Source of the DNA: Trichoplax sp. H2 | Taxonomy: Eukaryota | Length of the DNA stretch: 64,000 nucleotides | Direction: 5' to 3' | Assembly: GCA_003344405.1 (NCBI GenBank) | Contig: NOWV01000111.1 | Location: forward strand, 1 to 64,000 | In this document: positions 1 to 15,800 of the stretch, in pieces | How positions within the stretch are numbered: the first letter of the stretch is position 1 | Layout of the letters: each line of letters opens with the position of its first letter | The notes under the pieces: model-generated | What the model was told of the DNA's origin: nothing | Seen by the model: the letters and a program-made list of their open reading frames with translations, nothing else | Databases searched by the model: none | Translations under genes and position numbers: made by a program

Positions 1-808
1 TAAGATGATTCAAGTTCTAGTTAATGATAGTTGTATTAGACAACCTTCGAGCTTAGATTAAGATTAAGTATGAGTAAGAGATTCAAAATATTTACTGATA
101 GAAAAGCTATGTAAGGAACATCTCAGTTCGAGACGTTTCTCCTAGTAAGGTATAATACCAACACTGTTGTTGTTTACAAATTAGACGGTTCCTATATGAA
201 CGGGAACATTTGAGTTCAGTGGTGGTAAAAAGTTGTAGATGTATCTTTGCTAATAATAGTTTCATCTTTACAGTGTTTTGCTGTGTGTCTTTAACGTTAA
301 GTAAAAGGGCATTTAAGCCAGTAGCTACTTATAGACTTTTACTGTACGTTACCTTGTCGCAGAAGTGAAATTGTGACACTTGTGTACCGAATATATAATT
401 CTTTTATATCTTACTATTAAGATATAATAACTAGTTTTAACAAAGCGTGTAGATCTGTTTATACATTAAATTTATTTCATTAGAAAATATTAGAAGTAAC
501 TAGAGAGTTACTGAACGCAAAACTAAACCACAGCTGATATATTACCAACAAGTAACAAGATTAAATCAAATCTATGAATTTACGATCTTTCTAGCTCTCT
601 TTGGCTTAGCTTATATAGCCTTTGATATTGTCCAATTTAGCCAGTAATATTCAAGTGTACATATATATTTTAAGACAATTACACTATGTAAAGAACCATA
701 TATAAATCTTGATAATTAAGACTAACGATAGTCGTTACATGAACGATAAATACCTAAACAAGAACTTAATACTCAATATCGATTATCTGTCTTTGACTTA
801 TTCTTTAG

Positions 809-3800
809 GACAATGTCAAGCAATAAAATCAGTTTTATTGAAGATGATGCTTTTAAAGGATTGAAAAATTTGCGAGTTTTGTACGGCAGAAGAAAAAATT
901 ACCTAATCTTATTTCTATTATAATGGATGTAAAACTAATCTTATTTTCAGTCACGCAAGAAATGTTATTAATTTCAGTTTAATTCATAATTTTCGCATTA
1001 GTATCTTATAATTGCAAAGATTAATTTTTCCATTACTAATTGAGTAGATATCAATTAGATTTTAGTTAATTCGAAGTTATCGTAACACAAATTTGGCCAT
1101 ATTTTCCGAATATACTGACTTTGTTTTGAAAAAATATTTCATCAAAACTGAATAGAGATCTAAGCCAAAATCGGATAACGTCCCTTTCAGCCAATGTATT
1201 TGAAGGTTTAATGTTCCTGAGCTCAATGTATGGAATTTATGATGCATTTTCATAGATGCTTGTGATAACATATTTAGTACAGTACAAAACATTGTAATCG
1301 CCTGTGATTATTATGAGGCTCATCTTTAATGGTTTCTAATTTCAATTTAGGTCCTTGAGATTTAACAGACTGAAACGTGTTGATGCTGTTGTTTGGAAAC
1401 ATTTAAGCGGTCTCATTAATTTGTAAGCGCACATATAAAGCCATGGATTAATATAAATAATAAAATAGTCTTAATATATCACCTAGAATACCGTTTTATT
1501 TTGAAAAAAGATATTTAGATACTGTCGGAACAGCGTATTCATTTATTTGTAGATTTTAAATGAAACACGTAAAAATACCAATTGATTTTTTAGACGAATA
1601 TCAGGCAATCAGTTTACTTCGGCTGAAGATATAGGCCTCGCTGGATTAATTAATTTACGTATATTGTAAGTAATGTTTTAGCTTCAACGTTATATTGTAG
1701 AAAGCATAGAGAGGTATAAGTGTGAACCTATAGAATTATATTTTATGACTATGAAAATTTGCATTTATTACCATCTAACTTAACACTTAATTGGCAGTAC
1801 ATTTTACTTATCGTAGGCTTATTTTTAATAGAATTTTAGTTTTTATAACGTAAGAATATCTATAAAATTATCTTTTGTAAATTGATACCGATTGGAATAA
1901 CAATCTAAGTTTTACTGTAAATGTAATCCCTTGGAATGTTAATTTAGATTCCTGCAGTTCAATCGCCTGAAATCCTTCAACTGTTCAGACTTTTCAGATG
2001 CACGCTTCTTACAGAATTTGTGAGTGGTTTGCAGATTTATAATGGCATCAAACTTCGAATTTCTATGAAATTACAAATATTAAAAAATTTTTGGCGGTTT
2101 ATTTGATGTGACCTTTTGTAGGCATTTGTCAGCAAATTTTATACAAGAAATTAACCCTGAAAATATGAATTGCCAAATTCCACTGAGCACATTGTAGGTT
2201 AAAGCTTTTACAGCAATCAAAATTGCTACAGAGAACAATACTAGATTTTTACTATAGATCCATAAATCCGTATTAAAATGAGACGAATTTTTAGTTTGGG
2301 TTGATTTATACAGTTATAAATTAACATTCTAACAAAGACAGTATGCTATTTTGCATTCCTTCCTGAAATTGCCTAGGGTAACTATCAATAGCTAAAAGTT
2401 GATTTAGATAGGCGAATTGGCTATGTTATAAAATCCATCTCGAAATTTCAAAATTTGCAGAAAATTAGAACTTTATCAGATCATTATCCAAAGATAACCT
2501 ACTCATAACGCTACTCTAGGGGAACATTGCTACTAGAAAGACTTCTTGAAAAACTCATCGAATATTTTAAACTTATCTGCTTGCTTGCTTTCTGTAGTGC
2601 TTACGGGCACAATCTCCATGTTAATATCCTACCGTATTTTTAAATTGTTTGTATTTAAATATATGCGTATAAAACGGTCCGTTTATACGTAAAGTCATTA
2701 AAAAGGGTATTCCAAGTATCATAAGCAGGATATTATAACTAATTACTAGCTTAACGATAAATGCAGGGAGCTATGCTACCATACATCATACCATACATGC
2801 CTAATAATAATATAAAATCCAATTCTAAGTTATGTTAGAGGCTGTTAAAAGAACTACATTTTAGTATTACTGCACATGGCATTTAATAAAATTTCAATTG
2901 AAAGGTAGTAAGTATTCTCTTTACTCTTGAGGCAATATAAATGTATCTGATGTAGATAAAAATTATTATATATAGCTACAACCTTAATGATAGTTAATCA
3001 TTTATTTATACTTAGCCTATGCTTATTTCGATAATAACTATAGAGAGTTGGATGGCAACAGAATTCGTTATTTAAGAAATGGAACATTTGCTTCTTTATC
3101 TTCCTTGAAGATACTGTGCGTTAAGATCTAGTTTAGATGAAAGCAAACATAAAGCTTTCATATGTGTTAATTACGTTAGGGATTGATATGAATTAGGATA
3201 ATGACTTTTTCATCGCTAAATGTATAGAAATTTGGCTTTTAATTCTATTTACTCAATGGAAGTGGCTGCTTTTAGTGATGGTCATAAATTAAGAAATCTG
3301 TATGTATTTTTACGTTATTAAATTTTCCTTTATGTAAATGATTTCCGAAAGAATTCAAGATGCTTTTAATCGTACTAAATCTCTCATTATCTAATTGCTC
3401 AAAATAGATATATGAGTAACAATAAATTAAAAATACTGGATGGAAGGTTTTTTAAGAGACTTCCCCGTTTGCGAATATTGTAAGTATACTAGATGTAAAT
3501 TATTGATCTTAGAATCATAAACTTAATTCTAATAATATATATTCTTCCGCTATAATTAATGGATAGCTATGCAAGAAATAATCAAATTCACAGCATCATA
3601 AATGATGGATTTAAAGAAAATTCAAGAATGGGAACCATGTTAGTTTTTGCCTTAGATTATAGCATTCTCTTTCAGATTGTAGCTGATGCTGTTTTCGAAT
3701 GGGTGTAAAATTTTATTTTAAGAATTAGAAATTTGATAATAGAAGTAGAAAATAAACTTTTCACGTTGCATCTTTTTTCAGAATCTTGACTTCAAATAAT

Positions 3801-6800
3801 TTAAAGGAAGTGGCAAAAGATGATTTTGCTAATTTGAAAAGTCTGATTGATCTGTAAGCTAGATTTACAAATGGGTTGAATAGATAATCGATTTTAGATC
3901 GATTATTATTATCACCGCTTCATAATAGTAGTTATACATATTTTATTTAGAAATTTATCCGAAAATAATATTAGTAAGATCGACTACAGAGCTTTTGAAG
4001 GATTGTCAAATCTAAAAAGATTGTAAGTATTAATCGCAGTGCAACCGTTATTGCTCACTTACATATCTCAAAAAAATTAATTGCGCAGTTTTTATTTTGT
4101 TCATTCTTTTGTAAAAAGAAGTACGTTGTTGAATATGAAAGTGCACAAGTCATTATACGTATTACTAACTATTAAGTTGCTATCATTTTTCCGGTAATAA
4201 GATACTTTTTACGACTTTGCATAGTCGTTATTAGAATTTCATTAATTGAAATTTATTAAACATAGATTGAGATTATATTATTAAGGAAAATGACGTTTTT
4301 CAAATATGATGTCTTAAAGACACCCTAAATTGTAAATTTATCTAGATAGAATTAAAGGAATGAGATTATAAAGTTATAAAAGCTTATCAGTATCCTCTTA
4401 GCTTTCTATCTGCTATTACCTCAATGAACGCCTTAATCTCGAAGAAATAAACCTCACATCAACTGCTATAGTAATATACCGTATTATAGACATCCCTGAA
4501 ATATAATTAATTACTGTAGTACTATTTTTGATTACCGATATTTACGCCCATACTGAAAATGAGCTTTATAAAGAACGACATCTATGCTTACATTCTATCA
4601 TTTATGAGCTAGATAATATGAAATTTAATAAATGTTATGCTTAATAATACTGATCTTTATTGTCAGATTCTATAAAAAATACAAGCGTATATATTGAAAA
4701 GTGAAACTTATAAAAATTCTAATCGCAATTTTAATTCCTCAACTATACTTAGGCGCCTAAATGGGAATCCTATTGGCAATCTATCCATGGAGAATTTGAA
4801 AGACCTATCTTCGCTTGAAAATCTGTAAGTAAAAACTTTAATATTTATTTTAGTTTTTAATGGATGGATGAATTTTTCACTTATCTATGATTCTAGAGAG
4901 TTAAAAAATATCCCCAATTTGGTTATTCACCTGAAACCGTTTAGTGCCCCACCATCTGGACCTCTCAAATTGTAAATAATAATGTACCATTTTTACAGCT
5001 CTTTAAATTATAGATGCGATCTATGGAGACATATATATCTATATTAACTATTTTATAAATTTTATTTTGTCTATGGCAACAATTTTTATAGCTATTTAAC
5101 AGATTCTATAATAAACTTTATTGATGAAATGGCTTTTGCAAATTTCTCAGCTATGGAATATTTGTAAGTAAACATGTTTAACTATAATTCGAAAAATATG
5201 AAAAATATATGAAGTTAATAGTCACATTAGTAAGGTTTTGTGGTTATCTAAAGTTTTCATATAATACAAATTGATTTTCATGTCTCTATTTTTCTAATAA
5301 CAAAGCCACTACCATAGCCCGCTGTGATAAAGTGAACCAAAATAAATCAAGAGCTACAGTTTCTAGTACATTTCAATTTATTACATAGGTTCGGTTCGTC
5401 TAATCTCTACAATAGACACCAATTTTAGAAAATTACGGCTGAATTAAAAATAATCCATATCATTCATTCTTAGCGTCATTTCTTTAGCTATTAACATTAT
5501 GAAGCGCTATTATAAATGATTTTTTAGCTCCATTTTTCTCCCAATGTCAGACATCTAGCCAATTAAATTAAATATATAACTGATTGTCTCAAAACAGCTT
5601 TGTAACCAGATAACGTAATGTACGATAATTAGTCAATTCCTTGAACCACGTATCAAGGAACGATATCTGCACTATCAGGAATACTTTTGCTCTACTAGCA
5701 GACTATATAAAGATTTAGATGCCTCGTATTTTACGTTAAACAATAAGTTTAAGAATTAACTCTATTACACAATATATCGTGTTTATATACTTTTCCTCAA
5801 TAGTTCTTTGGAATCATTCTCTGAATTAGACATTAATTTTAGCTACTACTCCCTAATTCAGACAACAGTATTTACCAACATAGACATCTAATGACTCATA
5901 CAGAATAGTCAGATTACGATACGTCCTATCGCGGAACATTTTCACGATAATTTACAATCTACTATAAGTAAATTACAATCACAATGATTCGAACCGTAAG
6001 TAGATAATTCGCATTCCCTAATATAGCTATTAATTTCAGTATATGTATAACATATATCTGTCACATATAGCCAGTGCTGTATTAAAAACTCAGTATATCC
6101 AAATTAGAAGTTAACTAAATAAGGATAGGCTAACAAAATTATCTTAACATAGACATTTGTACTCTAATACAGTATATAACACTGTCACACTGATTAACTA
6201 GAATTATTCTTTGATATTAGGAATATGGGGTCCACCGGATTGAGATACTTTCCCAATACCTTACTATCGACTAACCAGGAAAGCGCCTTGAAAGAACTGT
6301 AATGCGATGTTATTAATTGAATTACGCAAGAATAAACATATTTATTGTCCATCTCGAAAAAATTCTAGAATTACAAGAGCATGTTAGCCATATATTCTTA
6401 AAAGCTGATTACAGTCGCATAATCTACTACAATAAACTAGTTGCAGTGTATTTACGGTCTTAATTCTACAGTCTGAGTAATAAATACAGCGAGTTCATGA
6501 GTTTGTTCTTGATTATTTTAGCTATTTATACCAAAATCTCATCGAATCGCTTCAAAGTAACTCATTTCATGGATTAACCAAGCTTCAAAAGTTGTAAGTC
6601 TTATGGTATTGCATGCAAATAATCATGACCATTTACGGTATTCGTGGACAATCGAATAATGATATCAAATCAAGACCTAAAGATAACTCTTCAGCCATTT
6701 TTATTTAGGTATTTAGATGATAATTTTCTTACAAGAATTTGTAATTCTTCCTTTGATACATTAACCGCTTTGGATACGTTGTAAGTTTCGAATCTTCGAG

Positions 6801-9800
6801 TTTGAAAATTTTAATTTGTATAAAGATCAACCCAATATTAGAAATTTGAAATTTATTAAGCTAATTTTAAAACTATAATCTTTATGGCTAATTTTTTCAG
6901 AATGATAAGAAATAATAATATGACACATTTGTCTGAATATCAGTTTTCTGGAATGCCAAATGTTTTAAGAATGTAAGCAAATATGTTCAATTCTGGGAAA
7001 TATTTTAATTCTAATAAATTTTCAATCTGAAGAATCATTACCATATATCATGGTAAGAGCGAAATAGACATGTTTATGTATATTGATATACTCCGAAAAT
7101 AGATCATTATCATCCAACCAACTTTGTTGTATACATCCCAATACTTTTGCAAATTTAACACGCTTGACCAGCCTGTAAGTTATAAATGATAATTTTCGTC
7201 ATTACTCCAGGATAAACATATTTTAATTCAGTTGATAGCAATTTAAGTCTCAAAAATCATAAAAATACATTATTGAAGGCCTGTAAATAATTCGGCCTAT
7301 ATTACAATTAAGAACGATTTAATTTATCAATTTTCGCGATATACTCACAGTGAAATTTTATTCTGTCAGAGATCTGTCGGACAATGTTATTAGCGATATA
7401 CAGGGTTTTCAAATACCAGATCTTAAAGCTTTAACATTATTGTAAGGACCGTATTGAGACTTTTATCTAAACCGTATTCATTAAGATAACTAAATAAATG
7501 CAATATTTTATTTAGGATGCTAAATGAGAATCAAATATCAAAAGTCTTGAATGGTTCCTTCTCGGGCTTGAAAAGTTTAAAGAAGTTGTAAGTACAGCAT
7601 TCTTGTCAGATAATTTTGTAAATATTTATTCGTCAATTAGCCCACAGATTCTGATTGGTCACAACCTATCGATTACTGACTAATGTTGGTATAATTTTAA
7701 CTATCGAAAGGCAATCACCATTCCTTGGATAATTTCATTATCACCTTTTGTACCATATTAATAATCATTCATAGTAATACAATACATGCATCAATTAGTT
7801 TATCATGGGTATAGTATACAAGAAATGCCATTGATATATTAGCTGCTAAGGCTTGATCTTAATAATTTTTTTGCTTTCAGCATCAGCTTATGAAAATCTA
7901 TTAATGTCTTAGGTAGTTGTAGGTTTGATACCAATCAATTACACATAACACCAAGACAGTACTTGCATTACTCATATTACGAACATTAAATCTAAACGGA
8001 CAAAGCGATAGTATTCTATATGCATTTTTGTATAAAGAAAGCGATATATATATATATATATGTTATATATATATACTTAAATTTTCCGTATGTCAATTTG
8101 CTTTTTTTTCCAAAAAGTAACCTGTAAAGCTTGACCGTATAGAGATAAATGCATGTTAAAAGTATTACGCTGATTATACTCTAAATTATTGATTTCAGCA
8201 AAGTTTTATTAGAATTTAATAAAGATTACAAATTTTAAGTTATACTACGTGCTTACTTATTTTGTTAGGGTTTTACGAACTAACAGAATATCTTATATTG
8301 CACATGCAGCCTTTGAAGGACTAATTCAAATACAAGACATGTATGTAAAGACATTATATGGCTATTAGTAGCAATTTCGCTTATATGTTAACTTTTGTAT
8401 ATGTAACGGAAATAATCTTTAATAATTCTTAGACGCTTGGACGGAAACTGGATTGTCTCTGTTGCAATAGATATATTTAGTACCGGAGCGCCGCTAATAA
8501 ATTATGTGTTGGTTGCATTAAATACCCACGAATTATAAATAGACGATTATAAAATTTATTTTTGATACAGATTTATTGACGTAGTTCAAGTACATCACTA
8601 GTAATCTAATGCACTAGTATCATAGTATGTAAAAATTCATTGTCAATTAAGAACTGAAAGTAAACAGTAAAAATATCTGTAAAATAATATTCAATCTCTT
8701 TATTTCAAAGCAAAAATTTTCTAATCCATTTCTTATCATAGCATGCTTGACTAAATCATCTGAATTATTTTACTTTTAGAGGTCTATCAAAAAATAAAAT
8801 TAAGTCTGTCCAGTTAATTAATACTAGCTTCAGCTTAATTCAGCATTTGTAAGTTATAATTTGCTAAAGTTCTGGCGCTATTTTAATTTTGGATTTGTCT
8901 CTCATAAATTTTAGCTACCGTATTGTATTTCTATACTATTGCAAAAGTGTGTTTTGAAATAAGTAAATTTTTTTCTTTAAAACTGGTTATAAAAATAGAG
9001 ACCTATCTCATAACGTTATCCGTAAATCTATTATACTATCCGGCAATAATCTTCAAAAGCTGTAAGTATTAAATATTCTCCTGGTAATTAGTTAAGAAGT
9101 TGTTAATTATGTTGAGAATTTTAGTTAAATATGGCGGTCTTTGGTCATTTTTCTTCTGTTAATTGCAAAAATTGTATATATAATTTAAAATTCTAGAAAT
9201 CTTTCTGCAAATCGCATTGATCATGTCTCCGAATTGAAGAATCTTAATCTGTCGTTATTTGATAGCATGTGCGTATCAAATCTGCCGATCATAAAATATG
9301 TTATATATGTTAACTGATATCATAGTGAATTCCCAGCATGATTTCGCGTTCTACTGTATATTTAAAATAACGAGCTGCATCAGTAAAAAATAATAGTCAC
9401 GGCAATTTCGTAAATTTTGTTGCCGAGCATTCATGATGCTCATCAATGGCCAAATGTAAAAATCTCCTTGATATTATTTATTAAATTTTGGAATGCAGTT
9501 ACAATACCACAATAAAACCTTAAATAAGATTGTTGACAGTCTAAGATTGATAGCAACCAAGTCTAACTCTCCTAACAAGTTCTACCACACTAACAAGAAT
9601 GCCTTAACGAATTTTTATCATTATTTAAGTTAATAATATTTATACATTATATATGTATAATTTTACTATAAAATTCGCCATTAAAATTTATGAATCACAG
9701 AGACTTCAGCAACAATCGAATTTTAGACATTAATAATCAAATTATCCCAAATACTCAAGAATTTCCTAAAATAAGAGCATTGTAAGTTGACTATGAAATT

Positions 9801-12800
9801 ATTACTTTAAATGGTTAGTACATAATGCTAAATTTCCTTTTTAAATATATTCAAAATATTTAAAATCTCTCATATATCATAGGTATATTAAAAGCAATAA
9901 ACTAAATCAAATTCATCAACGGGCATTCCAGAACCTACAGAATTTGGAGATTTTGTAAGTATTCAAATACGGGATGCTAACAGTTATATTATCAGTGCAA
10001 AAAATTTCGTCTCCTTCAGTTGGATTTGATATGGTAATCATGTATTCTATCGGTAACTCTGTTTTCTGTTCCTTCAGAGACCTGCAAAATAACAACATCA
10101 GAGTTTTATCTTTTGCAGAGAATCTACGCAGTCTTGAGAAGCTGTGAGTTACCATTAATAGACTAATTAGATTATAGGCTTATTTATAAACATAAGGAAA
10201 ATTGGTCATTATCAAATAAAATAAAACCACTTAATTGTTGGGTTCACTTTTAGTATTATGGGCAAGAATAAGATTCAGCAGCTAAAATCACAATATTTTC
10301 AAAATCTAACAAATCTTACCGAACTGTAAGGAAAGCAATGACTGCAATTTATTTTATGTACATTATGCAATCTCCATTATTTAGCATGCGACTGGTAGAT
10401 TTAATAATGTCGCCCAGATTTTGTAGAAGGGATTCAGTAACCACTATAATTTCTACATGTAATCTGCCAATATAGGGATGTAAGCTGCAATCAAATCAGA
10501 CGATTAGAAAATCACATGTTTAAATCCTTAACAAAACTAAAATCGCTGTACGTACTACTTTCTGCCATAAAGCTGATTATTGCGACCAAAATATTTATAA
10601 ATGGCTTTCTGAATTCTGTTGATGAAAACGAAATTCTAATTCCTATTCTTTGTTCTTGCATATAAATATTTTCATAGCAAATTATCTGGTAATCGTATAG
10701 AATTAATTAAAACTCAAGCTTTTAATGGTTTGATTGCTCTAACTAATTTGTAAGTAAAGTTTTAACAATATTAACATTTTCAGCATTTTGTAAACTGTAT
10801 GAATTATATTATTGATGCGAGGGTGCTTTGAGTAATTTAGTCTCAGTTTAGTCTAAGTGTAAAAATTGGACTACTTTTTTAATTTAAATCTAGGCAACTG
10901 GAATATAATTTAATCCAATCAATTGATGGTATATTCAAGAATCATCTTCAGAATTTACAGACATTGTAAGTTGGATGATGAAATCTAATTTGATCTGATT
11001 TTGTATATACCACTAAATAGTTGGTAGTAGTCCATTATCAGCTAGACTTTTACATGTGGAAATCTTAGAACAGATTAGTAGCTGACTTTAATCGACTTTG
11101 GCAAGTAATTTTTACAGTAAACTTGAATTAATACCGGCAATAGCAATATGAATGCGAGTTAATATAGTATTTAAATATCGAATATGGGCGTTTGTTTTCA
11201 TAGTAGCTCTAGAGAAGAATGTTATTTGTTTGCATTATAACAATAGCGAAGTAAAATATTACAGTCTTCGTTTAATTATTTAAAGAAGTTTAAACTGTAT
11301 GCAGTCTCAAATAACTGCTGACATGCAACTATGGATAGCTTCAAGCCAACAATTTATGTACCTTAGAGGGCTAAAGAGCCAGATTTCTGAAGTAATTTTC
11401 TTCATATTACAATGAATTTTAGGAACATATCTAATAATAAAATTACATCGATTGGAGGCTCCTCTTTCCTCTCGATGTCTTACTTAGAACAGCTGTAAGT
11501 CTTAATAAAGTATTGACTACCTAAATATTTCATTTTATTTGAAATATGCAAAATAATTGATGGAATAGCGCTTTTATTGAAAGCTAACTTATTCAGCAAA
11601 TTTGCTGACTTCAATATGCCCTATTCTATGTTAAAATAAATTAATTATCAAATAATTTGCAAGTCCATTTTTTGTATGAATATATATCTGCAATGGCGAA
11701 TATATGCAAATCTTTTTAAATAATATTTAAAAAGTGTATTCTTTCACGTGATTTATCGTTAACTAACCGTTGTTACTTTTCAATTTCTAGCTGGCTTGAT
11801 AATAATCAAATACCATCATTGCCAACTAATAGTTTCAACGGATTATCAAGTTTGATAATTATGTAATTTACATAATATGAATATTACGTAGCAATATTGG
11901 TGTAAAAACGTTACAGAATATTAACGATTGATTAATGTATTCGATATTTATTGATGTCTAGATCCTTAAGTGAAAACTTAATTGGAAACCTTTCTTGCGA
12001 AAGCTTTACCAACCTAAATCAACTTGATGAACTGTAATTATTAATAGTGATAATTAGCTATCTACTAATATTTAAAGACGTTTAAATCGTTGAAAAATAA
12101 TTTGACACTTAAAGCAGGAAATGCAATTTACATTAATTTGTTATCATATTAAATATTATCCAACCATTTTTTTCTATTAGACGATTGGCATCAAATAATA
12201 TATCGTTTATTCACCATAACTGCGCGTCAGTTTTCTCACGGTTAAATAAAATGTATGTCGAGTAATAACTTTCTGTAAAGGAGTTTCCAATAGCACTTCG
12301 TCTTGCATAAATTCAACTGTCTGACAAGCAGCCTACTCTTAAGCAGTATTTAGTTTTAAAAACCATCAGTAAATTTATCTTATTTCATGATTCTATAGTG
12401 ATTTCAATTTTAACAACTTAGTCCGAAATGGCATCAATATCAGCAATTCTATTCTCGATAGCTTGAGTGGATTCCCATTCGAGCTGTAAGTTACAATTGT
12501 GCTAAAAATCACTTATCGTAGACTAAATATCGATATTGGAAATACGTTTACACAATCTAATCTTGACACTAACTATATTCATTTCTAGGAAATTGGCTGG
12601 AAATAACATCAAGCATTTACAGACAAGCTACTTTCGACAAAATATCTTACTTAGATCAATGTAGGTCCAAATGGAATATTTTATTAACCGATAGAAAATA
12701 ATCTATGTGTTATGCCCAAAATTGAATTTTTAAACGTAAATATAATATAATTTTAAGTCCTAATACTACATTTGCTAATTTTCGATTTTAGAGATATTGG

Positions 12801-15800
12801 CTACAATGAACTAAATGATGAAGAAATGGCCGGATTAATTTCGTCTATAATAATTCTGAATGAGGAGTGCCAGTCATTTAAGAAAATTTTTCGTTGCTAC
12901 GAGTATTCAATGTTAGTGCTTTAATAAGTTGTCTCCATATAGCCCGGTCAGAAGAATTTTGATTGTCTTACCGGTATTTAAAAGTTAATTACTATTGATA
13001 ATCTTATCGTCATTAGAAATGTGGCCGGTAACAATATGCACTCCATTCCGCCTGGATTTTTCAACTATTTAAAGGAATTTATTCTAAAAATGTAACTGTT
13101 AATTTTAGATGCTAATAGTCAAAGCTTAAATTTTCGCTATTGCGATAATTTACTTTAAATTAAGTAAAGAGAATCAGAGCTAGATTTTATCGTAGCATAG
13201 AATTATGACGAATGCATTCTTAATTAGAAACGATCTTCATACTGCTCTTACAGCAACATTACTAACAACAAATTACAAACGGTGGATGCATCAGAAATCT
13301 TTTCTTCTCATGACTATATTCTTCAAGAATTGTATGTTCTTTTTATCGTTACATATCATTTTCTATATACTTACTAATTCATATCATTATGGTACACACG
13401 CTCATTACTTAAGATATTACATTTCATTGAACAGAAGTTTATTCGAAAAGATATAAAATTAATGATTCAAGTCTTTAATTCAGGTATATATCGAATAACC
13501 GAATTCAATATTTTACCAATTTCAAGAAATTACAGTTTTACAAACTCAGAATTCTGTAAGTGACCTAAAGTTTATCTAAAGCTTTAGCTAATATTTCGAC
13601 TTGAGCTATCATCAAGCCCCTTCATCCTTTTCATGAAGATATCTAAAGTTATATTCTTCATTAAATAATATCAAATGTACATAAAATCTCTTTAGAAATA
13701 TTGACAACAACAATATCGCAGATATTTGCCAGAAAAATTTGGGTCGAACATGGCCTAACCTCGAATATTTGTATGTTTATAAAAATTAATAGCCTAACAA
13801 TTATTGCTATAATATAATTCATATCAGCATGATCTAAATAAGATTATGTAGTCAAATACATGTGGTCGATCATTAAATACCATGCCATTCTATTATGCAG
13901 GTCTGCAAATAAAAATAATATCAAAGTATTACAGAGTCGTTGCTTTCAATATTCATCTAAACTAAAATTTATGTAAGTCTTTAAGATTACTAACAGAAAT
14001 TTTTAATGTTAAATGCAATAAAGAGGATTCAGTAAAGAAAGGAGTAAACTTTATTCTAATGATAAAATTCTACAGATCGCTGAAAGAAAATCCAATCAAT
14101 TCTCTCAACCCTCGATCATTTTATGGACCCCCTATATTAGATACAGTGTAAGCTACATTCAAATCAACAAATAAAAGATATATGTATTTTACTGACAGTG
14201 TTGGCAGAATTTTCTAAATTTTTAAAATAATTATTTCCTTATATTGATATAACGTACGGATTGTTATATAATAACTAACTCTTATAGACTGTACAAACTA
14301 TATTCTAATCAACATATTAAAATTAATTGTACTTTACTGATAGTATTGCTAAATTTCCCAAATTTAAAAATATAATTATTCACTTCCATTGATAAAATAT
14401 TAGGATTGTTATCTAATTTTTAATTCTTACATTAAAACTGTGTAACTATACTCAAATCAACAAGTTATAAGAAAACACATTTTAAAAATAGTATTACTAA
14501 ATGTTTGAAAATGTTTAAATAACTATTTGTTTATGATAACAAAATATATTGAATACTATATAATAACTAACTTCTGTCTTGATTTTTTACGATCAGATTG
14601 TCAACGCGAGATTATTTATGTTGTTATGTACCTGCTCAAGTCACATTTTGTACACCCATTTATGATCAGGACGCATTGTCTACGTGCGATGATATGCTAT
14701 CTCATCCAACGCTGCAATATTTTGTATGGATAATAGGAATTACAGCATTTGTCGGAAATATTTTAGTATTTCTCCATTATTGCCAACAAAGTAAACAAAA
14801 GCATCCACCCATATCAGTTACTACTGTTTTGCTAACTAACCTGGCATTAGCTGATTTCTTTATGTCAATCTACCTGATTATTATTGGTATTGCGGATCAA
14901 ATCTATCGTGGATACTATTCCATGTATGTAGAACCATGGTTAACGAGTGTGCCTTGCTATTCCGCATCATTCCTGGTATCATTATCAAGTTTAATGTCGG
15001 TATATATGATGATCATTATTAGCATTGATCGCTTTATATGTATTACTTTCCCATTTTCAACAAAAAGATTAAAAGTTTCCAGTGCAAGAAATGTGCTGTT
15101 GGTCGGTTGGTTATTCTGTATTGTTTTTGCTGGCATACCAGTAGTCTTCAGCATAGGCAAACCAGGAGAGAGCCGCCTCTACAAGTATAGCAGTATATGT
15201 ATGCCTAGTAATGTCAATAACGTTTACTATAGAACTTGGATATTGTGCTATACTTTCTTGACCATGGTAGCCTGGATACTAACATGCGCTTTATATTTTG
15301 GCATGTTTTTCTCTATGCGTCAATCTAGCAAATCAGTTCGTAAAATCGGATCTGTAAATCGCGACAGAAAAATTGCCATACGGTTATTTTTAATCATTAT
15401 TACTGATTTAGCCTCTTGGATGCCTTATTATATCTTAGTTATTCAAGTTCTTTTTACTGGTACAATTGACATCATCGTCTTACAATTTGTCATCATTTTT
15501 GCATTACCAATAAATTCTGCTATTAATCCTTACTTATATACGATTACAAACCTATCTACATTTAATAAAGCTTTTAGTCAAGTTGTACCTAGTGGCGTCC
15601 AACAGGCAATAACTAATATAAGAAGTACAGAATTAACACGACAAGGTAGCGAAATATCTCGTCGCCAACGCGAATTTAATCTGTCACATGCTACAAGAAG
15701 CGATAGTGTAACACCGAGAAAGAGTATCAGCGTAATACTACTAGATGAGAAACAATCGTCTAATTTAATCGTAGATCAAACACCAGTAGGACAAGGCATA

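Noticed and set aside
9916..10155. Short antisense or off-frame ORFs over real genes (also 14957-15160, 36911-37135, 44573-44899, 62330-62533)
   Set aside because: They are shadows of real exons with no independent support.
809..14147. Regularly spaced short units suggesting a CRISPR-like or tandem array
   Set aside because: There is no nucleotide-level repeat; the periodicity is the LRR exon/intron structure with GT-AG sites.
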